A program made the position numbers and the translations under genes. Positions 1-9,348 of a stretch of 64,000 nucleotides of DNA are shown one piece after another (within the stretch, counting starts at the first letter, position 1; every line of letters begins with the position of its first letter). The notes under the pieces were generated by a model that saw only the letters and a program-made list of their open reading frames with translations, was not told the DNA's origin and made no database searches. Origin of the DNA: an uncultured delta proteobacterium (GTDB taxonomy: Bacteria; Desulfobacterota; Binatia; DP-6); assembly GCA_963815115.1 (NCBI GenBank), contig CAWFFN010000005.1:320001-384000 (forward strand). Reading direction: 5' to 3'.

Positions 1-2
1 TG

Positions 3-164
3 TCGCGGGCGATCTCTGCCGTGGCGGGCTGGCCGACGCTGGTGTCGTCGACGGCGATGGCGGGGGCGTTCGTCTTCTCGGCGGCCATCGGCGTCTTCTT
101 CGGCTACTATCCGGCCCGGCGCGCGTCGCGGCTGAATCCCATCGAAGCGCTGCGCTACGAGTGA
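3..164 (+). CDS. MacB/FtsX-family ABC transporter permease, C-terminal end (partial at window edge)
   Basis: Reads ...[32 protein letters not shown], the typical MacB-family C-terminus; an outer-membrane efflux gene follows. Confidence 0.85.
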   Translation, partial: SRAISAVAGWPTLVSSTAMAGAFVFSAAIGVFFGYYPARRASRLNPIEALRYE

Positions 165-173
165 GGACCGGCG

Positions 174-1646
174 GTGAGGATGGCTGCGAGCGTGCGCGTT
201 CTTTGCCTGGCCGGCCTGCTGAGCGGCTGCGCCGTCGGTCCGGACTGGGTACGTCCCGCGCCGCCAGCGGTCCAGGGATTCACCGCGACCGAGCTGCCCG
301 GCGCGCTGGCGCCAGGCCAGGGCGAGGCGGAGCAGCACTTCGTCACGGGCGAGGAGATCTCGACGGACTGGTGGGAGCTCTTCCACTCCCCCGAGCTCTC
401 GGACGCGGTTCGCGACGCGCTCGCCGGCAACCAGACGCTCGCCGCCGCCGAGGCGACCCTCGCGAGTGCCCAGGAAGCGCTGGCCCAGGCGCGGGCGGCG
501 TTCTACCCGCAGATCAGCCTGACCGGGCAGGCCGAGCGCCAGAAGACCGCGCTGCGCGGCAACACCTCGAAACAGACCCCGGCGTTCAACCTGTTCTCGC
601 TGGGTCCGATGGTGAGCTATTCCCCCGACATCTTCGGGGGCACGCGGCGGCAGGTGGAGAAGCAGGCCGCGCTGGCGGACAACCAGAGCTACCAGCTCGC
701 GGCCGCCTATCTCACGCTGACGGGCAACGTCGTGTCGCAGGCGATCGGCATCGCGGGGACCCGTCTCGAGATCGCCGCGACCGAGGAGATCATCGCCGAC
801 GACGAGAAGAACCTCGACCTGGTGCAGGCCAAATACGAGGGCGGCAAGGCGGCGCACACCGACGTGCTCACCGCCGAGTCCCAGCTCATGAACGATCGGG
901 TACTGCTCCCGCCCTTGCGCCAGCAGCTGAGCGTGGCGAACGACGCCCTGGCCATCCTCCTGGGGCGGTTCCCGGCCGAGTGGACGCCGCCCGAGTTCGA
1001 TCTGGATCGGCTGGTACTCCCGGGAGCGCTTCCCGTCAGCCTCCCGTCGGACCTGGTTCACCAGCGTCCCGACATCCTCGCCTCGGAGGCCAGCCTGCAC
1101 GCGGCGAGCGCGGCCATCGGCGTCGCCACCGCGCAGATGTATCCGTCGATCACCCTCTCGGGCTCGGTGGGATTCGAGACCTTCATGACGAGTGGCATGT
1201 CCGCGGCGACGAGCGAGATGTGGCAGCTCGCCACGGGTCTCAGCGCGCCGATCTTCGAGGGCGGCGCCCTGGCGGCCCAGAAGCGGGGAGCGGTCGACGA
1301 CTATCGCGGCGCCCTCGCCACGTACCAGCAGACGGTGCTGCAGGCGTTCGGGCAGGTCGCCGACACGCTGCAGGCGCTCGCGCACGACGCCGACCTGATC
1401 GCGGCGGCGCGTCATGCCCTCGACATCGCCACCGAGTCCCTGGCGCTACAGCAGCTCAGCTACCAGGCGGGAAAGTCCGACGTGCTGCTGCTCCTCGAGG
1501 CCCAGCGCCTCGCCCAGCAGGCACGCCTGGTCTACGCCCGCGCGCAGGCCCAGCGCTACCAGGACGCGGCGCAGCTGTTCGTCGCCATGGGGGGCCGATG
1601 GTGGACGGCGGGTCGGCTCGGTCCCGACGTCGCGGCGCGGGGCTGA
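174..1646 (+). CDS. Efflux transporter outer-membrane factor lipoprotein (NodT/OprM family)
   Basis: Lipobox LSGC-AVGPD; WWELF; PVSLPSDLVHQRPDI motif; C-terminal LFVAMGGRWW. Confidence 0.93.
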   Translation: MRMAASVRVLCLAGLLSGCAVGPDWVRPAPPAVQGFTATELPGALAPGQGEAEQHFVTGEEISTDWWELFHSPELSDAVRDALAGNQTLAAAEATLASAQEALAQARAAFYPQISLTGQAERQKTALRGNTSKQTPAFNLFSLGPMVSYSPDIFGGTRRQVEKQAALADNQSYQLAAAYLTLTGNVVSQAIGIAGTRLEIAATEEIIADDEKNLDLVQAKYEGGKAAHTDVLTAESQLMNDRVLLPPLRQQLSVANDALAILLGRFPAEWTPPEFDLDRLVLPGALPVSLPSDLVHQRPDILASEASLHAASAAIGVATAQMYPSITLSGSVGFETFMTSGMSAATSEMWQLATGLSAPIFEGGALAAQKRGAVDDYRGALATYQQTVLQAFGQVADTLQALAHDADLIAAARHALDIATESLALQQLSYQAGKSDVLLLLEAQRLAQQARLVYARAQAQRYQDAAQLFVAMGGRWWTAGRLGPDVAARG

Positions 1647-1698
1647 GGCCGAAGCGGAGAGTCGTTGACCCAATTCATCCGGTGGCGCACAAGCGCGC

Positions 1699-2085
1699 AT
1701 GACCTTCCTGCGCCCGTACGAGCCCCAGACCCTCGCCTTGCTGCGCATCGTGGCGGGCTTCCTGTTTCTCTGGCACGGCATGCAGAAGCTGTTCGGGTTC
1801 CCTGGAGAGATGCCGCCCGGGGTCCCGGCCTTCATCACCTGGACCGCGGGGCCGATCGAGTTCTTCTGCGGCATCCTCGTCATGATCGGTCTCTTCACGC
1901 GCCCGGCCGCGTTCCTCGCGAGCGGTCTCATGGCCTTCGCCTACTGGATGGGACACGGCTGGCGGGCGCTGCTCCCGATCACGAATCAGGGCGAGCTCGC
2001 CGTGCTCTACTGCTTCACGTTCCTCTACATCGCCGCGCGCGGCGCAGGGCCCTGGAGCGCCGACGCGGCCCGCGGCGCGGGCTGA
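1699..2085 (+). CDS. DoxX family membrane protein
   Basis: LLRIVAGFLFLWHGMQKLFG, GLFTRPAAFLASG, NQGELAVLYCF, GAGPWS. Confidence 0.9.
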   Translation: MTFLRPYEPQTLALLRIVAGFLFLWHGMQKLFGFPGEMPPGVPAFITWTAGPIEFFCGILVMIGLFTRPAAFLASGLMAFAYWMGHGWRALLPITNQGELAVLYCFTFLYIAARGAGPWSADAARGAG

Positions 2086-2168
2086 GTCGAGCGTGACGCG
2101 GTCGGGCCGCCGAGCCCGGGACTAGGAGCGCCCGCCGAGCCGCGAGGAACCCGCGCGGCGCGGATCCC

Positions 2169-2228
2169 TTGACAGGAACGCGCGCCGCGGGATATCGGCT
2201 GCCCGATGAAATTGAAATCCATTCTCAG
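2169..2228 (+). promoter_or_regulatory. Sigma70-like -35 (TTGACA) and putative Fur-type box ATTGAAATCCATTCTCAG
   Basis: TTGACA at 2169-2174; AT-rich imperfect inverted repeat TGAAATCCATTCTCA inside 2211-2228 in otherwise very GC-rich DNA, upstream of a cupredoxin gene. Confidence 0.6.
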
Positions 2229-2604
2229 CGGCCTGGGTGGCATCTGTGCCCCCGGCCGCGGGAAGCTCGCCGCGATCGTCCCGGTCGCGCTGCTCGCGAG
2301 CGCGCTGGCCGCGCGCGCCGCCGACACCACCCAGGGGCAGGAGCAGCTCCCCGAGATCAAGGTGCAGCACGGGCGCTTCGAGCCCACCGAGCTGGTCGTG
2401 CCGGCGAATGCGGCGTTCAAGATCCGCGTGACCAACGGTGACGCCGAGGCGATCGAGTGGGAGAGCTTCGAGCTGCACCGCGAACGGGTGGTGCAGCCGG
2501 GAGAGACCATCACCGTCTTCATGCCGTCCCTGTCGCCCGGGACATACAAGTTCTTCGACGACTTCCATCGCGGGACGCCCGAGGGTGCGATCGTCGTCAA
2601 GTAG
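2206..2604 (+). CDS. EfeO/FtrB-like periplasmic cupredoxin-domain protein (start uncertain)
   Basis: Signal peptide; FEPTELVVPA, EWESFELHRERVV, LSPGTYKFFDDFH, GAIVVK, typical of iron-uptake cupredoxins. Confidence 0.85.
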   Translation: MKLKSILSGLGGICAPGRGKLAAIVPVALLASALAARAADTTQGQEQLPEIKVQHGRFEPTELVVPANAAFKIRVTNGDAEAIEWESFELHRERVVQPGETITVFMPSLSPGTYKFFDDFHRGTPEGAIVVK

Positions 2605-2609
2605 GCTCG

Positions 2610-3062
2610 ATGCATCGCCTGACCAGGTTCCTGCTGCCGGCGGCCGCGGCCGTCGTCGCGATGCAGGTCGTGCGCTACCCGCGCACCAACCCTGCCGTCG
2701 AGAGCGACCTCGTGGCGCCGCCCGAGGTCAAGAACGTCCTGCACCACGCCTGCTACGACTGCCATTCGAACGAGACCGCGTGGCCCTGGTACACCGCGAT
2801 CGCCCCGGCGTCCTGGATCATTCATCACGACGTGGAGGAGGGGCGGCGGCGCCTGAACCTCTCGAGCTGGGCCGACTATGCGGAAGACCCGGGGACGAGA
2901 GCTCGGAAGCTCGACGAGATCTCGAAGGCCGTCGCGAGCACCGACATGCCCCCCTGGTACTACCGGATGCTGCATCCGGATGCCGCCCTGAGCGGAGACC
3001 AGCGTGCGCTCGTGGCGCGCTGGGCCACCCAGGAGATCGGCTCGGAGCCAGCATCCCCCTGA
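2610..3062 (+). CDS. Haem-binding domain protein (monohaem cytochrome c, Haem_bd-like)
   Basis: ATG at 2610; N-terminal TM; CYDCH haem motif, WPWY, LNLSSW, candidate distal Met in DMPPWYY. Confidence 0.88.
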   Translation: MHRLTRFLLPAAAAVVAMQVVRYPRTNPAVESDLVAPPEVKNVLHHACYDCHSNETAWPWYTAIAPASWIIHHDVEEGRRRLNLSSWADYAEDPGTRARKLDEISKAVASTDMPPWYYRMLHPDAALSGDQRALVARWATQEIGSEPASP

Positions 3063-3083
3063 CGACATGGAGGCACCTACCAG

Positions 3084-3887
3084 ATGCGACGAGTGACGAT
3101 GGCCTTCGCCCTCGCGGGCATGCTCCTGGCACGCAGGGCGCGGGCGCAGGTCGATCCATGGGAGTTCGAGGTCTATCCCGTCGAGACCCTCGGCAAGGGC
3201 GTTCTCGAGATCGAGTCACTGAACAGCGTCGTCGCGGACGGCCACGGCACGGGCGATGCCGGGACCTCGGCCGGGACCTTCAAGAGCCAGGGCATGTGGC
3301 GCACCTCCCTCGAGGTCACCTACGGTCTCACCGACAAGATCGAGGCGGCGGCCTATTTGCTTCTCGCCAGGCCCGACGGCGCGTGGCTCCAGTACGCCGG
3401 CTCGAAGTTCCGCCTGCGCGGCATGTTCTTCGATCCGGGCGAGTACTTCATCGACCTCGGCTGGTACGCCGAGATGGAGGTCCACCAGACGCCGCAATTC
3501 GACGACGCCGAGCTCGAGCTCGAGCTCCGGCCGATCATCGAGAAGGACATCGGCCGCGTCCAGCTCATCGCCGAACCGAAATTCGAGAAGCCGCTCGTCG
3601 CGCCGGACACGAGCGGCGGCTTCGAGTTCGGGTACGTCGCGGCGGCCTACTACAGCCTCTGGCGTGAGCTCTCTCCGGGTGTCGAGTTCTATGGCGGGAT
3701 CGGCCTGATGTCCGACGTCGATCCGATTCACGAGCAGCAGCACTACGTCTTCCCGGTGATCCGCGGCTACCTGCCACATGGCCTGGAGTACAACTTCGGC
3801 GTCGGCGTCGGCCTGACGCGAGGCTCGGACCAGGTCATCACCAAGCTCAACATCGAGTTCGAGCACTTCATCGGGACGTTGTTCTAG
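3084..3887 (+). CDS. Putative outer-membrane beta-barrel protein
   Basis: Signal peptide ending ARAQ; alternating amphipathic strands; aromatic-rich C-terminus ending in F. Confidence 0.65.
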   Translation: MRRVTMAFALAGMLLARRARAQVDPWEFEVYPVETLGKGVLEIESLNSVVADGHGTGDAGTSAGTFKSQGMWRTSLEVTYGLTDKIEAAAYLLLARPDGAWLQYAGSKFRLRGMFFDPGEYFIDLGWYAEMEVHQTPQFDDAELELELRPIIEKDIGRVQLIAEPKFEKPLVAPDTSGGFEFGYVAAAYYSLWRELSPGVEFYGGIGLMSDVDPIHEQQHYVFPVIRGYLPHGLEYNFGVGVGLTRGSDQVITKLNIEFEHFIGTLF

Positions 3888-4044
3888 CGGGACGTCGTGG
3901 TCGGCGGCCCGGGCCGCCGGCTGCCCGCGGGTGGGCCCAGACGCGCCGCTCCTTGTGCGCGAGGCTCCGGGCCGGGTAGCTCGGGGAAGCGCCGACGTCC
4001 TGGTGCACGGATTTCTGACCGACGATAGCTAGGCTCGACCTTCC

Positions 4045-7000
4045 TCATGGCTCGACGGGCGTCGACAGCGACGCCCGGGCGCGCGAGCCGGCGGCGTCCT
4101 GCACCCGCGAGGCGACGGACAGGATCGAGCCGGCTGGCGTGGGGTTCGTTACGCGCAGGACGAACGTGACGGTGCGGTGCGCTCCCTTCGACAGGGTGCC
4201 GAGCTGCCACAGGGCATCGCGCCCGGGGAAGCAGAGCCCGGGAAGCGTGCCGTTGTCCGACAGCGTGCCGCAGGCGGAGAATCCGCTGGGGACGGGCATG
4301 CGGAGCTCGACCTGGATCGAGTCGTCCATTCCCGTGTTGGTGACCGTCAGCTGGTAGGTCACCTGCTGGTTGGGCTTCGCAGGATCGGAATCTATCGCCA
4401 TGTCGAGCGCCAGCGGCGCCGTCGGTTCGACCAGGGTCACGGTGCTCGCGCTCGCGGCGGCGGAGCCGCTGGTGATCACCGCTCTCGCCGGCCGCACCAG
4501 CGGGTCGGCCGCGCCCAGATCGTCGACGCTCACGCGCACGGCGCGCTCGCCGACGTCGCCGGCGTCGAGGGTGCCCAGGTCCCACCTGATCGTGTCGCCG
4601 GAGGCCTTGCCGCCGCCGTCATCGATCACCGTCGTTCCCGGCGGCAGGGTCAGCACCAGCTCCGCGCCGAGCGCGGCGCCGGTACCGCGATTGCCGAAGC
4701 GGATCGTGTAGTCGAGCTCGTCGCCGGCCAGCACGGGGTCCGAATTCTCGATGAGGGCCACCATGAGCGGCGACGCGGCGACGGTATGGAAGATGGTGGC
4801 CACCCGGGCGCGGGCGCGCGATTCGGCCGCATCCTCGACCCGCGCGGCGGCCGGGAGAATCGTGCCGTTCGGCACGGTCGTGGCGTCGAAGATGGCTTGC
4901 ACCGTGCGACTCGTCCCCTTCTTCAGCGTGTCGAGCGTCCACAGCACGTCGCGTCCGGTGAAGCAGTTCCCGGGGGTCTCCGCGTTGTCGGACAGCCGGA
5001 CGCACCCGCCGCCCCCGACGCCGCCCGGAATGGGCATGGTGATCTTCACCTGGAATGCGTCGTCGGGACCGTGGTTCGTGACCGTCAGCTCGTAGGTGAC
5101 GAACTGTCCGGTGCTCAGCGGATCGGGATTGGCCACCATGACCAGCGAGAGCGGCGAGGACTGCACCATGGTGAGGACGCTCGCCGTCGCCGCCGCCGTG
5201 CTGCTCGTGACCGTGGCGCGCGCCGCCCGCACGAGCGGATCGGCCGCGCCGAGATCGTCGACCTTCACGCGCAGCAGACGCTCTCCCGTCTCGCCTGGAT
5301 CGAGGCTGCCCAGATCGAAGGCCACGGTGTCCGCGTCCGTCGTGCCGCCGCCGTCGTCGACGAGGGTGACTCCGGGCGGGAGGGTGACCGCGAGCTGCGT
5401 GTTCAGCAGGGCGGCCGTACCGCGGTTGCCGAAGCGGACCGCGTAGCGCAGCTCGTCGTCGATTCGCACCGGGTTGGCGCTGTCGGTGAGCGCGACCATG
5501 AGCGGGGCGAAGGCGGTGCCGTGATACGTCGTGCTCGCGGCGGTCCGTGCGCGCGACCCGCTCGCATCGGCGACCGCGGCGGTTGCCGTGAGAATCGTGC
5601 CGTCCGCCGCCGAGGAGAGCACGTCGTAGATGGCCTGCACGGTCCGGCTCGTGCCCGCCGGCAGCGTGTCGAACGTCCACAGCACGTCGCGTCCGGTGAA
5701 GCAGTTCCCGGGCGTCTCGGCGTCGTCGGAGAGCCGGACGCAGCCACCGGTGGCACCGTCGGGAATCGGCATGCGGAGCTTCACCTCGCTGGCATCCGTC
5801 CCGCCCCGATTCGTGACCGTCAGCTCGTAGGTGAGGAACTGGCTGGTGCCCGCGGGCTCGGGGCTCACGGTCATGACGAGCGCGAGCGGCTCGTCCTGGA
5901 TCGCGGTGACGGTGCTGGCACGCGCCGCGACGTTGCCGCTGGTGACCGCCGCACGCGTGACGCGCACCAGGGGGTCGTCCGATTTGAGATCGTCGACGCT
6001 GATGCGCAGGCGGCGCTCGCCGGTCTGGCCCGCGTTGAGGGCGTTGAGCGCCCACGTGACGGTGCCGCCGGCCACCGTCCCACCGCCGTCGTCCAGGACG
6101 GTGGCGCCGGCCGGCAGGGTGACGACCAGCTGCGCGTTCAGCAGCGCGGCCATGCCGCGGTTGCCGAAGCGGACGAGGTAGCCCAGGCCGTCGCCCAGGA
6201 GCACCGGGTCGGCGCTCTCGGTGAGCCCGACCGTCAGCGGTGCGTTGACCGTCGTGCGGAACGTGCTGCTCACGGCGGCCCGCGCCCGCGCGCCCGCCGC
6301 GTCCACGACGCGCGCCCCGGCCGAGAAGACCGTCCCGTCGTCCAGCGCGATGGGGTCGAAGATGGCCTGCACCGAGCGGCTCGATCCCTTTCGCAGTGTG
6401 CCGAGCGTCCACAGGATCTCGCGGCCGGTGAAGCAGTTGGCGGGCGTCTGCCCGTCGTCGGACAGGCGCACGCATCCGCCCGTGACACCCTCCGGGAGCG
6501 GCATGCGGAGCTGCACGTCGTCGGAGTCGGCCGTGCCGCGATTCGTGACGGTCAGCTCGTAGGTGATCATCTGGCTCGGATCGACGGGCTCGGGACCGGC
6601 GATCATCGTGAGGCCGAGCGGTGCGGCGGTCTGGACCAGCGTCACCGCGCCGGCGCGCGCCGCGGTGGCACCGCTGCTGACCGCCGCCCGCGTCACCCGC
6701 ACCAGCGGATCGGCCGCGCCGAGATCGTCGACGCTCACGCGCAGCCGGCGCTCCCCCGACTGCCCCGGATTGAGCGGCCCCAGGGCCCATGTGACGACGC
6801 CCGAAGCCTGCGTGCCGCCGCCCGTGTCGAGCACGGTGACGCCCGGCGGCAGCGTCACGGCGAGCTGCGAATTGAGCAGCGCATTGGCTCCCCGGTTGCC
6901 GAAGCGCGCCACGTACTCGAGGGTGTCGCCCGTCCGAACGGGATCGGCGTCCTCGGTGAACCCGAGGGTCAGGGGCGACGCCGGGACGACGATGGCGTTG

Positions 7001-8016
7001 GCCTGCGCGGTGGCCTGCGGACTGCCGGCCGCGTCGTCCGCGCGTGCGGTCGCCGCGATCGTCGTGCCGCTCGCGAGATTCGCGGCGGTGAGCACGGCCT
7101 GGAGGGTGCGGCTCGTCCCGACGGGGAGGCGGTCGAGCGTCCACAGGATGTCGCGGGTGACGAAGCAGCCGGTCGGAAGCTGTCCCTCTTCCGACAGCGA
7201 GACGCAGCTGCCGGTCCCGGTCGGGATCGGCATCCGCACCTGGACCTGGACCGCCTCGACGGGCCCGAGATTCGTCACCGTCGCCTGGTAGGTGAGCAGC
7301 CCGTTGGGAGCCACGGGGTCGGGGTTCGCCACCAGCACGAGCGCCAGGTTGGTCTTCGGCAGCGTGGTCGTGGTCGTGCTGGTGTGGCTCACCGTGGTCG
7401 ACGTCGTCGTCACCCTCGGCGAGGTCGTGGTCGTGGCGTTGAAGAGCGTGCTGGTGGTCGGAAACGACGGGGTCGTGGTCGACGTCGTCGTCACGGGAGC
7501 CGCGGTGGTCGTCGTCGGAGGGGTCGGAGTGCAGTCGGGCTCGCAGCCGTCTCCCGGCGCCACGTTCCCGTCGTCGCACCGCTCGCCGCCGCCGGCGTCG
7601 ACGAGGCCGTCACCGCACAGCGATCGGGCCGCGTCGATCCTCTTCTTCAGCTTCTTCGCCCGGAGCGTCCCCTGGAACTGGGAGCACCCCGGCAGGATCC
7701 GGCCCTGGAGCACCACCGTTCCGTCGAGCCCGCTGCACTGCTTCCACCGCGTGAGGACCTGGGTGATGCCCTTTCGATTCTCCTGCATGCGCCTGGGCGA
7801 GATCGGGTCGCACACGCCGTCCAGCGCCACCGACGGGCCGAGCTGGAGCGCCGTGCCGCTCCCGTTCGCTGCGATCGGGCCGCCGGTGATGAGGTAGCGG
7901 GCCGGGGGACACGGAGCCGGCTTCGGGCCCTTGCGGGCGAGGGCGGGCTCGGCCCCGGCGGCGAGGATGAAGCTGGCCAGGGCGGCGGTGGCGAACGCGG
8001 AGACGGTCGAGGGCAC
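4045..8016 (-). CDS. Large secreted protein: Cys-rich (myxobacterial-type) repeat, Thr-rich linker, nine DUF11-like Ig repeats
   Basis: GTG at 8016 after GAAGGAGA RBS; signal peptide; CGDGLVDAGGGERCDDGN..GDGCEPDC; poly-Thr linker; repeated PDPV..G..LTY.LTVTN.G and D.V..GD.L.Y.VRFGNRG units. Confidence 0.85.
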   Translation of the reverse strand: MPSTVSAFATAALASFILAAGAEPALARKGPKPAPCPPARYLITGGPIAANGSGTALQLGPSVALDGVCDPISPRRMQENRKGITQVLTRWKQCSGLDGTVVLQGRILPGCSQFQGTLRAKKLKKRIDAARSLCGDGLVDAGGGERCDDGNVAPGDGCEPDCTPTPPTTTTAAPVTTTSTTTPSFPTTSTLFNATTTTSPRVTTTSTTVSHTSTTTTTLPKTNLALVLVANPDPVAPNGLLTYQATVTNLGPVEAVQVQVRMPIPTGTGSCVSLSEEGQLPTGCFVTRDILWTLDRLPVGTSRTLQAVLTAANLASGTTIAATARADDAAGSPQATAQANAIVVPASPLTLGFTEDADPVRTGDTLEYVARFGNRGANALLNSQLAVTLPPGVTVLDTGGGTQASGVVTWALGPLNPGQSGERRLRVSVDDLGAADPLVRVTRAAVSSGATAARAGAVTLVQTAAPLGLTMIAGPEPVDPSQMITYELTVTNRGTADSDDVQLRMPLPEGVTGGCVRLSDDGQTPANCFTGREILWTLGTLRKGSSRSVQAIFDPIALDDGTVFSAGARVVDAAGARARAAVSSTFRTTVNAPLTVGLTESADPVLLGDGLGYLVRFGNRGMAALLNAQLVVTLPAGATVLDDGGGTVAGGTVTWALNALNAGQTGERRLRISVDDLKSDDPLVRVTRAAVTSGNVAARASTVTAIQDEPLALVMTVSPEPAGTSQFLTYELTVTNRGGTDASEVKLRMPIPDGATGGCVRLSDDAETPGNCFTGRDVLWTFDTLPAGTSRTVQAIYDVLSSAADGTILTATAAVADASGSRARTAASTTYHGTAFAPLMVALTDSANPVRIDDELRYAVRFGNRGTAALLNTQLAVTLPPGVTLVDDGGGTTDADTVAFDLGSLDPGETGERLLRVKVDDLGAADPLVRAARATVTSSTAAATASVLTMVQSSPLSLVMVANPDPLSTGQFVTYELTVTNHGPDDAFQVKITMPIPGGVGGGGCVRLSDNAETPGNCFTGRDVLWTLDTLKKGTSRTVQAIFDATTVPNGTILPAAARVEDAAESRARARVATIFHTVAASPLMVALIENSDPVLAGDELDYTIRFGNRGTGAALGAELVLTLPPGTTVIDDGGGKASGDTIRWDLGTLDAGDVGERAVRVSVDDLGAADPLVRPARAVITSGSAAASASTVTLVEPTAPLALDMAIDSDPAKPNQQVTYQLTVTNTGMDDSIQVELRMPVPSGFSACGTLSDNGTLPGLCFPGRDALWQLGTLSKGAHRTVTFVLRVTNPTPAGSILSVASRVQDAAGSRARASLSTPVEP

Positions 8017-8180
8017 GGGAACTCTCCTTCGTGATCGGGTGCGGAGCAGTGGGGCATCGTCGAGGCTCGCCGTGGCGGCGGTCGTCGATGGACACACGGA
8101 TGCGGCCCGGTGCAGGCGGCGACCGTACGCCGACGCGCCGCACGACGAGGTCGATGCGTGAGCGCGAAGCGGGGTCCGGC

Positions 8181-8258
8181 TCAGGTCGTGGGATCGGGCC
8201 AGCAGGCTGGGACCGCGCGATCGATGGGCGATCCTCTGCACCGCCGCGACATGGACAT
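8181..8258 (-). other. Putative 25-aa upstream ORF (MSMSRRCRGSPIDRAVPACWPDPTT)
   Basis: GAAGGAG RBS 6 nt before ATG, between the promoter and the DUF11 gene. Confidence 0.35.
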
Positions 8259-8314
8259 ATGGAGCTCCTTCAACGTGGGAAGGCCCTAGGATGAGGCCCA
8301 GCTAAGTTGTGGGT

Positions 8315-8344
8315 AGTGTAGTCAGGCAGACTGAACCCTGTCAA
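8315..8344 (-). promoter_or_regulatory. Sigma70-type promoter for the DUF11-repeat gene
   Basis: Minus strand TTGACA-18 nt-TACACT. Confidence 0.7.
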
Positions 8345-8420
8345 GGCGTTCTCGTCTGACGGGCGCCGGGCGTCATTTCGATCCGCTTGACAGCGGCCGC
8401 CGTGCGTCGGACGAGGACGC

Positions 8421-9221
8421 ATGTACGAGACGCTCGCCCTGCAGCGGGAGGGACATCTCACCTGGCTCACGCTCGACCGACCCGGGTCGCTGAACGCCAT
8501 GAGCACGACTCTGGTCCGCGAGCTGCGGCAGTTCTTCTGGGAGCTGCCCGACGACACGGAGACGCGCGTCCTCGTGGTGCGCGGCGCGGGCCGGGCGTTC
8601 TGCGCCGGGCTCGACCTGAAGGAGCAGCCGAGCGCGGAGGGCGCGGGCGGCGGCTCGGTCGCCGCCGGCCTGCGTGCGCAGCGTACCATCAGCGAGCTCG
8701 TCCTCCTGATGCGGCGCGCACCCCAGCCCATCATCGCCGCGGTACACGGTGCCGCCTGCGGCGGCGGTTTCGCGCTCGCGCTCGCCGCCGACGTGCGGAT
8801 CGCCGGCGAGTCGGCGCGCATGAACGCGGCCTTCATCCGCCTCGGGCTCAGCTCGTGCGACGTGGGCGTGAGCTATTTCCTGCCCCGCATCGTCGGCGCG
8901 TCGGTGGCGGCCGAGCTGCTCCTCACCGGCAACTTCATCGACGCCGCGCGCGCCGAGCGGGTCGGGCTGGTGTCGCGCGTCGTACCCGACGCCGGCCTCG
9001 AGGACGCCGCCCGCGTCCTGGCGCAGGAGATGCTCCGCAACTCCCCCCTCGGCCTCCGCCTCACCAAGGAATGCCTGAAGCTCAGCCTGGATGCCGGGAG
9101 CCTGGAGGAGGTAGTGGCGATGGAGGACCGCAACCAGATCCTCGCGGCCCGCGGCGCGGATTTCCGCGAGGGCGTGATGGCGTTCCTCGAGAAGCGCCCG
9201 GCCCGGTTCCGGGACGCGTGA
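8421..9221 (+). CDS. Enoyl-CoA hydratase/isomerase family protein
   Basis: LTLDRPGSLNA, GRAFCAGLDL, VHGAACGGGFALALAADVR, AFLEKRPARF. Confidence 0.93.
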   Translation: MYETLALQREGHLTWLTLDRPGSLNAMSTTLVRELRQFFWELPDDTETRVLVVRGAGRAFCAGLDLKEQPSAEGAGGGSVAAGLRAQRTISELVLLMRRAPQPIIAAVHGAACGGGFALALAADVRIAGESARMNAAFIRLGLSSCDVGVSYFLPRIVGASVAAELLLTGNFIDAARAERVGLVSRVVPDAGLEDAARVLAQEMLRNSPLGLRLTKECLKLSLDAGSLEEVVAMEDRNQILAARGADFREGVMAFLEKRPARFRDA

Positions 9222-9348
9222 GGAGTGCGGGTGTGGCGGAGGCTCGCAGGTTGACGCTCTCCCCTGGCGGGCCCTAGGGTGCTCGCCGGCCGGGTACGTG
9301 TGATCGCGTCGCGGTACCTCCCGGCCGCTTCGGCGGAGGTGCAGATAG

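Noticed and set aside
7360-7520. GTC/GTG-rich low-complexity tract
   Set aside because: Encodes the Thr-rich linker of the DUF11 protein; not an independent repeat element
4177-8034. 1285-aa plus-strand ORF and many other long antisense or alternate-frame ORFs (e.g. 46931-49408, 58057-60396, 26279-29026)
   Set aside because: Shadow ORFs caused by stop-codon scarcity in high-GC DNA; Arg/Gly/Ala-rich with no motifs, and they overlap well-supported genes
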